Positions 6,729 through 14,464 of a DNA stretch of 52,673 bases are shown here, one piece after another. A model generated the notes under the pieces. The model made no database searches. It had not been told where the DNA came from and was given only the letters and a program-made list of their open reading frames with translations. Numbering within the stretch: the stretch's first letter is position 1; the number at the start of each line of letters is the position of its first letter. The DNA is from a virus. Taxonomy: Duplodnaviria; Caudoviricetes. The position numbers were made by a program, and so were the translations under genes. Where the stretch lies: positions 1 to 52,673 of the IMG/VR virus record IMGVR_UViG_3300025769_000166. One strand, written 5' to 3'.

Positions 6729-7313
6729 ATGAAATCTATAAATAACTTCATTGTAAAGATACAAAATACCACTAACGACACCATGAAAACCGAAAGTGGG
6801 TTAAAGCTATACGTAGATACAAGATTTAATGAGTTTGATCACAGGACTACAGAAGGTGAAGTGCTGGCTGTCCCAGGAAATAGGGAAACTCCAGTTAAGG
6901 TTGGCGATACTTTGTACTTTCACCACCACGTGGTCGTTGACGGCGGTATGCCAATTAGCGAGCTGGATAAGTGGTATATGGTCATCTATAACCCAGATCA
7001 TGCGGCGTATAATCAAGCGATCGCTTACAAGAGCAAGGATACAGGAAAGGTTCAGTCAATCAAGGGTTGGTGTCTTCTGGAGCCTCATGATAAAGATGAT
7101 CAAGGACCTAAAGAAGGGTCGATAGAAGTCATCAAACTAAAGGAAGACCCAGTAACGACAGGTGTGGTATCCTTTTCATCCGAAGAGCTTGATGACCTCG
7201 GAGTATCCCATGGGGACGTGGTTGGCTTTAAAAAGAATAGAGACTACAGGATTAAAATTGATGAAAAAGAATACTACAGGGTCGCGGTCACAGAACTCCT
7301 CTACAAGCTTTAA
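6729..7313 (+). CDS. groES: GroES/Cpn10-like co-chaperonin with two tandem Cpn10-like halves
   Basis: TESGLKL...GEVLAVP...VKVGDTLYF in the first half; GVV...GVSHGDVVGF...IDEKEYY in the second. Confidence 0.7.
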   Translation: MKSINNFIVKIQNTTNDTMKTESGLKLYVDTRFNEFDHRTTEGEVLAVPGNRETPVKVGDTLYFHHHVVVDGGMPISELDKWYMVIYNPDHAAYNQAIAYKSKDTGKVQSIKGWCLLEPHDKDDQGPKEGSIEVIKLKEDPVTTGVVSFSSEELDDLGVSHGDVVGFKKNRDYRIKIDEKEYYRVAVTELLYKL

Positions 7314-7584
7314 TACTCTTGCGGCAGCAGTAAAACTCATGGATGCAATGGCGATAGCCATTGATAACATGATTGAAGAAGTGAAAAAGCCAGTGGACCA
7401 AGAAGTAAATGGAAGCGCAAGAAAAGCCGAACTTCAATCAGTAAAACAAACGGCCATAGATTGCAAAGAGCTGCTTAGAGAAAGGCAGTCGCTGGAGACT
7501 ATGGTAAAAGAGTTACAGGAAAATGGACAAGTCGAAGAAGACAAAGACTATTCAGGAGGGTTTGCGGAAAAGTTCAGTAAGTGA
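7261..7584 (+). CDS. Helical protein, candidate small terminase subunit
   Basis: Frame of ORF 7162..7584; likely ATG at 7261. Coiled-coil character, GGFAEKF tail, upstream of TerL. Function is inference from position. Confidence 0.5.
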   Translation: MKKNTTGSRSQNSSTSFNTLAAAVKLMDAMAIAIDNMIEEVKKPVDQEVNGSARKAELQSVKQTAIDCKELLRERQSLETMVKELQENGQVEEDKDYSGGFAEKFSK

Positions 7585-7646
7585 TATAACTCCGAACTTG
7601 ACTTGGACTCAAGACAGTACAAACAACAATCATATTTATTTTAACG

Positions 7647-7976
7647 ATGAGTGGAATGGTGAATACGAAGACTAGCACGATGGACGATCTGTCTATGGCC
7701 GTACTAGCTTGGGCTGATGAAAGAGGCCTGATAGACAAAGAAAACGCACCTAAGCAGATGCTGAAGGTCATGGAAGAAGTTGGAGAGTTAGCTGGAGCTA
7801 TGGCTAAACGCAATGAAGAAGACACTATAGACGCCATTGGGGACGTACTTGTAACTGTTATTATCTTAGCAGAACAGATGGGTCTTAGCGCTACGAAGTG
7901 TCTGGGTGAGGCATATAACGAAATCGCTGAGCGCACTGGTGAAACAGTTGACGGCGTTTTCATAAAAGATGAGTAA
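7647..7976 (+). CDS. mazG: MazG-like nucleotide pyrophosphohydrolase
   Basis: QMLKVMEEVGEL...DAIGDVLV...AYNEIxxRTG...GVFIK, the all-alpha NTP-PPase signature. Confidence 0.9.
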   Translation: MSGMVNTKTSTMDDLSMAVLAWADERGLIDKENAPKQMLKVMEEVGELAGAMAKRNEEDTIDAIGDVLVTVIILAEQMGLSATKCLGEAYNEIAERTGETVDGVFIKDE

Positions 7977-8187
7977 TAGAAACTACAAGAAAGAGTACAG
8001 AAAGTACGGTAAAAGCAAAGCCGCTAAGAGATACCGCGCCGACCTCAATCAGTATAACAGGAAGGCTGGCACTTACGGGAACGGAGACGGTATGGATGCC
8101 GCCCACGAGGGTGGTAAAATTAAGAGGTTTGTTAAAGCTGCCATAAATAGAGCAAACAATAGGCCCAAACGAAGATCAAGCAAATAA
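7969..8187 (+). CDS. Small basic HNH-like protein
   Basis: RNYKKEY...GDGMDAAH...NR; resembles minimal phage HNH-type proteins. Confidence 0.55.
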   Translation: MSNRNYKKEYRKYGKSKAAKRYRADLNQYNRKAGTYGNGDGMDAAHEGGKIKRFVKAAINRANNRPKRRSSK

Positions 8188-8201
8188 TCGACAGATTTAC
8201 T

Positions 8202-8209
8202 TAACTTTG
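8202..8209 (+). promoter_or_regulatory. TAACTTTG -7 promoter element
   Basis: Intergenic, 14 nt before ATG 8224. Confidence 0.55.
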
Positions 8210-8223
8210 AGAAAATTCTGTCA

Positions 8224-8613
8224 ATGGAAAAAGATAAGTTCATCTTTAATGGATGGAGGTTATTTTCGATTATTCTTGTATCTGCTGGCCTTGGTGCTTG
8301 CGGTACTTATGCTGGCGTATCTAGATCCCTTGAGGCCGACCTTAGAGAAAGAGAGGTCCCAGCATACAACTATCTGGACACCATATTTCTTGAAGAGTAT
8401 AGGGCCACCCTTGAGCCTGACTATATTGCTACTCTAAGTATAGACAGCAACTTAATTGGCGTAAAAGTAGACCCGTATGTAATACAGACTACACCTGGGT
8501 CCAAAGGGTCCGAGTATTACTATAGGGTTCATTTATATCATTCTAAAGTCGATAGCATGTTTATAGACTATGTCGACACGTCAAATAAAGTTCTGTCATG
8601 GGAAAAGGAATAA
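8224..8613 (+). CDS. Putative lipoprotein
   Basis: Signal-like hydrophobic stretch with lipobox-like LGAC (LFSIILVSAGLGAC). Confidence 0.65.
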   Translation: MEKDKFIFNGWRLFSIILVSAGLGACGTYAGVSRSLEADLREREVPAYNYLDTIFLEEYRATLEPDYIATLSIDSNLIGVKVDPYVIQTTPGSKGSEYYYRVHLYHSKVDSMFIDYVDTSNKVLSWEKE

Positions 8614-8738
8614 CACTTATGGGGCTATGCCTGATCGGTATGGTTTGCTCTACTTGCTCACCTCGTCATTGCGAAGCGTATACTATTCATCAAGAAAAGA
8701 ATACGTTCGTGAGATGCCCTCGTAGCTCAGATGGATAG
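8598..8738 (+). CDS. Possible 46-aa Cys-rich small lipoprotein overlapping the tRNA 5' end
   Basis: Manual translation MGKGITLMGLCLIGMVCSTCSPRHCEAYTIHQEKNTFVRCPRSSDG*; below the ORF track cutoff. Confidence 0.35.
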   Translation: MGKGITLMGLCLIGMVCSTCSPRHCEAYTIHQEKNTFVRCPRSSDG

Positions 8739-8789
8739 AGCAACAGCCTTCTAAGCTGTGGGTCCCAGGTTCGATCCCTGGCGAGGGTA
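8716..8789 (+). tRNA. tRNA-Arg (anticodon UCU)
   Basis: Acceptor GCCCTCG/CGAGGGT, D-arm GCTC..GAGC, anticodon arm ACAGC-CTTCTAA-GCTGT, T-arm CCAGG-TTCGATC-CCTGG; CCA not encoded. Confidence 0.95.
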
Positions 8790-8800
8790 CAATTAAATGA

Positions 8801-9505
8801 ATGGAAAAAATAGCAATTACAATATGTGTATGGAAACGCATAGACATAACAAGAGCCTGTTACTCAAACTTAGAGTCGCACAGAAGCAGGTTTAACGATC
8901 TTGGCTTCGATTTCACTGTATACGTATGTGGATCTGAAGAAGAGCACAAAGAACTAGCTAATGAATTTGGCTACAAGTATGTACATCTACGAAATTATCC
9001 AGTAGGAAACAAATGGGAAAAAGTACTTAGGTTTTCCATGAAGGATGACTGGGACTACTGGATGACTCTTGGATCGGACGACTTTTTGTTGGAAGGGTCT
9101 GCAGATGCTATAGTAAAGCAGATGAAAAATAAAAGAGTACATGCGGGAATGCCTAAAAACATAATTTTCTTTGACATAGAGTCGGGGTTGGGGTTTGAGT
9201 TCAAAAACGTAAGTAGGTGTGGAGCTGCTAGATGGTACAGAAGGAAAGTACTAGACTTTGTATATAGTCATAGTAAAAACATATACCCGTCAAAAAACAA
9301 GTCGCTAGACTATTATTCTGAGGACACCATACGTAAATATGGAGTTGCTCCAGTTAGATTTGATGGTCTTTATGTCGCGGACTTAAAAAGTGAAGAGAAC
9401 ATAAATAGTTTTGAATCGCTATTAATGTATCGAGATGATAACGGTAAAAACGAAATTGATATAAATGACTTTATTCCAGAATGGAAATCAATAAAGAGAG
9501 TTTAA
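8801..9505 (+). CDS. Glycosyltransferase family 2-like (GT-A) protein
   Basis: N-terminal strand IAITICVWKR, VYVCGSEE, DYWMTLGSDDF (DxD-like acidic motif); paralog of 4994..5815. Confidence 0.7.
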   Translation: MEKIAITICVWKRIDITRACYSNLESHRSRFNDLGFDFTVYVCGSEEEHKELANEFGYKYVHLRNYPVGNKWEKVLRFSMKDDWDYWMTLGSDDFLLEGSADAIVKQMKNKRVHAGMPKNIIFFDIESGLGFEFKNVSRCGAARWYRRKVLDFVYSHSKNIYPSKNKSLDYYSEDTIRKYGVAPVRFDGLYVADLKSEENINSFESLLMYRDDNGKNEIDINDFIPEWKSIKRV

Positions 9506-11610
9506 ATAAGGATGAAGCTATTAGGTTGGTCAGCGGAAGTGAGCCTGGGGAGGTTATTCAGATCTACGGTCTTGTCATTTCTCTTCCGAAAAAGCCAAAA
9601 AAATCGGAAATTCTCTTCCACGACTTACCTAAACAGATGCAGATGTGGCGCCGCACCGATGTGCCACAAGAACTGTCGCGGATTAGAAGTATGGATGAGT
9701 GGTTCGAGAAGCCAGCCGAGTTTAGGCGATCCTTTTCTCCTTATATCGAGCAAGAGTTTGAGCGCAGGCGCAACGGTGTTTGGTTTTACAATAATGGTGT
9801 GCCTACGTATATTACGGGGAGACATTACATGTTTCTCCAGTGGAGTAAGATTGACATCGGATATCCTTCGTATCTTGCGTTCCAGCGTGAGATCTTTATC
9901 CATATGGCTGCGTGCGAAGCTGATAGCCGTTGTATCGGTCAGCTTTATACTAAGTGTCGCCGTAGTGGCTACACCAATATCTGTGCTTCTGTACTTGTTG
10001 ACGAAGCTACACAGGTTAAAGATAAGCTGTTGGGGATACAGTCGAAGACTGGTAAAGATGCTCAGGAGAACATTTTCATGAAGAAAGTAATTCCGATGTT
10101 TCGGAGTTACCCATTCTTCTTTAAACCCATTCAGGATGGAACGACGAACCCACGTATGGAACTCGCTTTTCGGGAACCATCAAAACGAATCACCAAGAAG
10201 AATAAGACGTCGCAGAAGGGTGACGCGCTCAACACAATCATTAACTGGAAAAATACCACCAACAATGCCTATGACGGAGAGAAACTCCATATGCTCTATC
10301 TTGATGAGGCTGGAAAGTGGGAAAAGCCAGTAGACATTAAAGAAGCCTGGAGAATTGAAAGAACTTGTCTTATTGTCGGTAAGAAAGTGGTTGGTAAAGC
10401 TCTCGTCGGGAGTACAGTCAATCCAATGGACAAAGGAGGTGAAGAATACAAAAACCTTTGGGAGGACTCCGACCCCTCTGAGAGAAATGACAATGGCAGA
10501 ACTCGTTCTGGCTTGTACCGTCTCTTTATTCCTGCTGATCATGCTCTTGAGGGCTTTTTTGATAAGTACGGTAACCCCGTAACAAAAAACCCGACGACAC
10601 CCGTAGAAGGAATAGATGGAGAAATTATTAATCAAGGAAGTAGAGAATATCTTGATAACGAACGAAAATCCTTGAAACACGACCCTTCTGAGCTCAACGA
10701 GGTCATTAGGCAATTTCCTATAACTGAAGATGAGGCGTTTCGCGATAGCATTGAAGGCAGCATATTTAATATAGGAAAGATATATCAGCAGATAGACTGG
10801 AACAATAACATGTATCCAGATCCAGTCGTGACAGGAAACTTTATATGGAAGGTAAAAGACAAGGAGGTAATATTCTCTCCAGACCCAAGGGGTAGGTTTA
10901 AGGTGTCATGGATGCCGCCTAAAGACAGAAGGAACGTAGTTAATGAATATAGGGGAAAGAGAGTCCCATCTTTTGCTGATTTTGGTTGTGGAGGAGTTGA
11001 CTCCTATGACCTTGACGAGACGGTAGACGGAAGGGGTTCAAAAGGTGCTCTCCATTTATACAACAAGTTCAACATGGACGACAACACGCCAAGCAACATG
11101 TTTGTGCTTGAGTATGCGTCCAGACCAGATCTAGCCAGTATATTTTACGAAGATGTACTTATGGCTGCCGTGTTCTATGGATATCCTTTGTTAATTGAGA
11201 ACAACAAATATGGGATCGTAAGGTATTTTGAAAAGCGAGGTTGGGACGGGTATGTTATGGATAGACCTAAACATCTTACGCCTCCAGGATCAAATATGAA
11301 AGTAAAGACTAAGGGTATCCCTTCTAACTCTGTTGACGTAATACAAGCTCATGCTCATGCGATAGAAGCGTACATACATAACCATGTTGGAATTAAGGCT
11401 GATGATTCTGAGGTTGGAAACATGTATTTCAACAGAACTCTAGAGGATTGGATAGGGTACAAAATCAATAATAGAACCAAATACGACCTTACCATTAGCT
11501 CTGGTTTAGCGCTACTTGCCGCTCAAAAGTTTAAGCAAGAAAGAAAGCAGGCAAATTTTGAAGGAAAGCGCTTTTTTAGAAAGTCAAAGCCAAAAGAATG
11601 GCATAGATGA
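9481..11610 (+). CDS. terL: Terminase large subunit (crAss-like type)
   Basis: Walker A KCRRSGYT, Walker B LYLDEAGK, motif III GST, nuclease GVDSYD and LIENN; immediately upstream of the portal. Confidence 0.95.
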   Translation: MEINKESLNKDEAIRLVSGSEPGEVIQIYGLVISLPKKPKKSEILFHDLPKQMQMWRRTDVPQELSRIRSMDEWFEKPAEFRRSFSPYIEQEFERRRNGVWFYNNGVPTYITGRHYMFLQWSKIDIGYPSYLAFQREIFIHMAACEADSRCIGQLYTKCRRSGYTNICASVLVDEATQVKDKLLGIQSKTGKDAQENIFMKKVIPMFRSYPFFFKPIQDGTTNPRMELAFREPSKRITKKNKTSQKGDALNTIINWKNTTNNAYDGEKLHMLYLDEAGKWEKPVDIKEAWRIERTCLIVGKKVVGKALVGSTVNPMDKGGEEYKNLWEDSDPSERNDNGRTRSGLYRLFIPADHALEGFFDKYGNPVTKNPTTPVEGIDGEIINQGSREYLDNERKSLKHDPSELNEVIRQFPITEDEAFRDSIEGSIFNIGKIYQQIDWNNNMYPDPVVTGNFIWKVKDKEVIFSPDPRGRFKVSWMPPKDRRNVVNEYRGKRVPSFADFGCGGVDSYDLDETVDGRGSKGALHLYNKFNMDDNTPSNMFVLEYASRPDLASIFYEDVLMAAVFYGYPLLIENNKYGIVRYFEKRGWDGYVMDRPKHLTPPGSNMKVKTKGIPSNSVDVIQAHAHAIEAYIHNHVGIKADDSEVGNMYFNRTLEDWIGYKINNRTKYDLTISSGLALLAAQKFKQERKQANFEGKRFFRKSKPKEWHR

Positions 11611-11616
11611 TTTCAT

Positions 11617-11625
11617 TATATTTGC
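11617..11625 (+). promoter_or_regulatory. TATATTTGC -7 promoter element
   Basis: Intergenic, 7 nt between TTTG and the portal ATG. Confidence 0.7.
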
Positions 11626-11631
11626 CGTTAG

Positions 11632-14109
11632 ATGTACGGTAAGCAAGGGAAGAATAGCGTAGGCTTTCCAGATCCATTAGCGAGTAAGGAAAATAAGGAA
11701 GGCAAGGAGTATGGTCTTTCTTATGCGAAAGCTATTTCTTCTCAATGGGGGGCTGTTGAGAGGGATAACTCTCTTTATAAAAAAAGAGCCCGAACGTTTG
11801 AGAGAAACAGAGCTTACGCCAATGGAACTCAGGATACTAGCATATACAGGCAGCTCCTTAATAGCTTGGACCCTAGCAATAATGACGGGAGCTTCTTAAA
11901 TCTTGACTTTACGCCAGTACCTATTCTCCCGAAGTTTGTTAGGATTGTAGTAAATAAGATACTCTCTAGCGAACCCTACCCAAATCTCGAAGCTGTCGAT
12001 CCACTATCATCATCTGAAAAAGACGCTGAGCGACGCAGAGTAAAAATGCTTGTCGAAAACAAAGAAAAGATTTCACAGATAAAAGATAAGGTAGGGGTGG
12101 ACTTGTCTCAGGGCCAGGAGATACCAGAGTCTTTAGAGGAGGCTGAGATATTCATGGACGCAAACATTAAGTCTGCATCAGAGGTAGCTGCTCAGATAGC
12201 AACCAACATGACATTGAAGTGGAACGACTTTAACGACTCTACTTACAGAAGGTGTGTAAACGACATTGCTACTTTGGGAATGTCGGTAACTAAAAGAAGC
12301 AACGATCCTAACTACGGAATAAAGGTAGACTATGTAGATCCTAAAAACTTCGTGCATAGCTACACTGAGGACCCGAACTTTGGAGACATAGTGTATGCTG
12401 GTCATGTAAAGAAGATTTCTTTGCAGGAACTAAAGCGCATTGCTGGTGATCAGTTTACTGATGATGAGTACGATAAGATATCTAAAACCGTAGCTAAACG
12501 ATATCAATACGACACAACCTCGGTTAGAACCTACCTGAACGACAACACCATGGGGAGCAACCGTGGTGCATATGATCAGTATATGGTAGATGTCCTGGAT
12601 TTCGAGTTTCTATCTGTCGATATGATGGTGTTCGAGGAGAAAGAAAACAGATACGGGAATGTAGGTTTCTACCAAAAAGGAGAAAACTACAGGTCACCGA
12701 GCAACTCTGTGTACAAAAGATCTGTGACTAAACTCCCAAACGTAACTGTATACGGAGGCAGTTATGTTATGGGTTGCGACAAGCTTTTTAATTACGGTAT
12801 TAAAAAAAACGTACCTAAAAACGCTCATGACCTTAGTCGTACAAATCTTTCTTACAGTGTTGTTGCTACTAACCTTGATGGCAATATCCCGAAGTCGATG
12901 GTAGATAGCTGTATCGGGTTTGCCGACCAACTTCAGCTGACACACCTGAAAATTCAGCAAGCAATCGCAAAAGCAAAACCCGATGGTATTATCATTGATA
13001 TTGAAGGTCTTGAAAATGTTCAACTCGGCAAAGGTGGGGAATTGCAGCCGTTGGAACTTCACGACATATACGAGCAGACAGGTGTATTCTACTACAGGAG
13101 TAAAAACCCTGAAGGCGGATTCCAGAACCCTCCCATCAGGGAAATCGGTAATAACATACGGAACATCAACGAGTTTATAAACCTGTACAATCACTACCTC
13201 AGGTTGATTCGTGACGCAACAGGAATTAACGAGGCTATGGATGCGAGTACTCCTAAGGGGGATCAGCTCGTGGGTGTAAGGCAGCAAGCAATAGCAGCAG
13301 GTAACAACGCCATATACGACATTACTAACTCATCTATGGTCCTGTTTAAAAAGGTGTGTTCTGATATCGTTAAGTGCCTTCAGGTAATTCCCAGAGAAAG
13401 CATATTATTTAGGGCGTATGAAAACGCCATTGGTAAAGAGAATATAGGTCTGATCAATACCTTCTCCGACCTCCCCATGTACAACTTCGGAGTTACAGTG
13501 GTTAAGGAGATGGAAGAAATTGAGAAGCAGTACTTGGAACAGAATATACAGGCGTCACTTGCTCAGAAGGAGCTTGATATAGAAGATGCTATAGCTATTA
13601 GACAGCTTAAGGACGTAAATCAGGCTGAGCGCCTTCTAATTGTAAGAAGAAAAAAGCGTATGGCTAGGAATCAGGAGATAGCCCAGCAAAACGTTCAGGC
13701 TCAGTCGCAGGCGCAGGTTCAGTCCACTCAAGCTGCTTCTCAAGCTAAGCAACAAGAAATGCAGATGCAGTCTCAACTTGACTCGCAACAAATGCAACTA
13801 AAGTCACAGCTAGAAGCTCAACTGGAGACACTTCGTCACGAGCACAGAAAAGAGATAGAGTTGCTTAAGGCCCAGGCTACGCTTGGATTCAAGACTGACG
13901 ACCAGGAGTTTAGAGAGAAGCTAGAGGTATTTAAAGAGGACCGAAAGGACGATAGAGTAAAAAAGCAAACATCAGATCAAAGCAAACTGATTTCGCAAAG
14001 ACAGGGACAAAGGGGAGAAATAGAAGAACCTCAAGATCGGGCTCAACAGGGCCCGCCGCCGTCACAAGAAGTAATAGAACAAGCAATAGAATCTCAAAAT
14101 GAGCAGTAA
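11632..14109 (+). CDS. Portal protein
   Basis: 825 aa after TerL; PILPKFV, ATGINEA..., Q-rich C-terminal barrel helix as in crAss-like/P22-type portals. Confidence 0.9.
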   Translation: MYGKQGKNSVGFPDPLASKENKEGKEYGLSYAKAISSQWGAVERDNSLYKKRARTFERNRAYANGTQDTSIYRQLLNSLDPSNNDGSFLNLDFTPVPILPKFVRIVVNKILSSEPYPNLEAVDPLSSSEKDAERRRVKMLVENKEKISQIKDKVGVDLSQGQEIPESLEEAEIFMDANIKSASEVAAQIATNMTLKWNDFNDSTYRRCVNDIATLGMSVTKRSNDPNYGIKVDYVDPKNFVHSYTEDPNFGDIVYAGHVKKISLQELKRIAGDQFTDDEYDKISKTVAKRYQYDTTSVRTYLNDNTMGSNRGAYDQYMVDVLDFEFLSVDMMVFEEKENRYGNVGFYQKGENYRSPSNSVYKRSVTKLPNVTVYGGSYVMGCDKLFNYGIKKNVPKNAHDLSRTNLSYSVVATNLDGNIPKSMVDSCIGFADQLQLTHLKIQQAIAKAKPDGIIIDIEGLENVQLGKGGELQPLELHDIYEQTGVFYYRSKNPEGGFQNPPIREIGNNIRNINEFINLYNHYLRLIRDATGINEAMDASTPKGDQLVGVRQQAIAAGNNAIYDITNSSMVLFKKVCSDIVKCLQVIPRESILFRAYENAIGKENIGLINTFSDLPMYNFGVTVVKEMEEIEKQYLEQNIQASLAQKELDIEDAIAIRQLKDVNQAERLLIVRRKKRMARNQEIAQQNVQAQSQAQVQSTQAASQAKQQEMQMQSQLDSQQMQLKSQLEAQLETLRHEHRKEIELLKAQATLGFKTDDQEFREKLEVFKEDRKDDRVKKQTSDQSKLISQRQGQRGEIEEPQDRAQQGPPPSQEVIEQAIESQNEQ

Positions 14110-14464
14110 CACGACTAAAAGCACAATCAACCTTGATACTGCATCCCGCTTAGATATTATATGCAGGAGGGGGGACACCTTTTATCTGGTTTTGGATTTT
14201 GGAACAACTACTATTCCTAGTAGTGGATGGAAGATGGAAGTTAGAGAGAGTGATACTGATAACGAAGCTGGAACAGCGGTGCTTACAATATTTGATAACG
14301 AGATTGATCTTGTAGGAAGTAAGCTTACAATACAGAAGACTGCAACTGCTATGGATATACCATCTGGTCTTTATGTTTACGACTTAGAGTCGTCTGATAC
14401 TACAGTGAAAACTTACTTGTATGGCACGTTTAAAGTAAATGAAGACGTAACGATACCGTCCTAA
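14099..14464 (+). CDS. Small beta-sandwich adaptor (BppU N-terminal-like) heading the fibre operon
   Basis: RGDTF...G.YVYDLE...[14 protein letters not shown] pattern. Confidence 0.6.
   Translation: MSSNTTKSTINLDTASRLDIICRRGDTFYLVLDFGTTTIPSSGWKMEVRESDTDNEAGTAVLTIFDNEIDLVGSKLTIQKTATAMDIPSGLYVYDLESSDTTVKTYLYGTFKVNEDVTIPS

Noticed and set aside
8745-8758. Possible amber suppressor tRNA (CTA within the loop)
   Set aside because: The 7-nt loop CTTCTAA puts TCT at the anticodon position, so it is tRNA-Arg.
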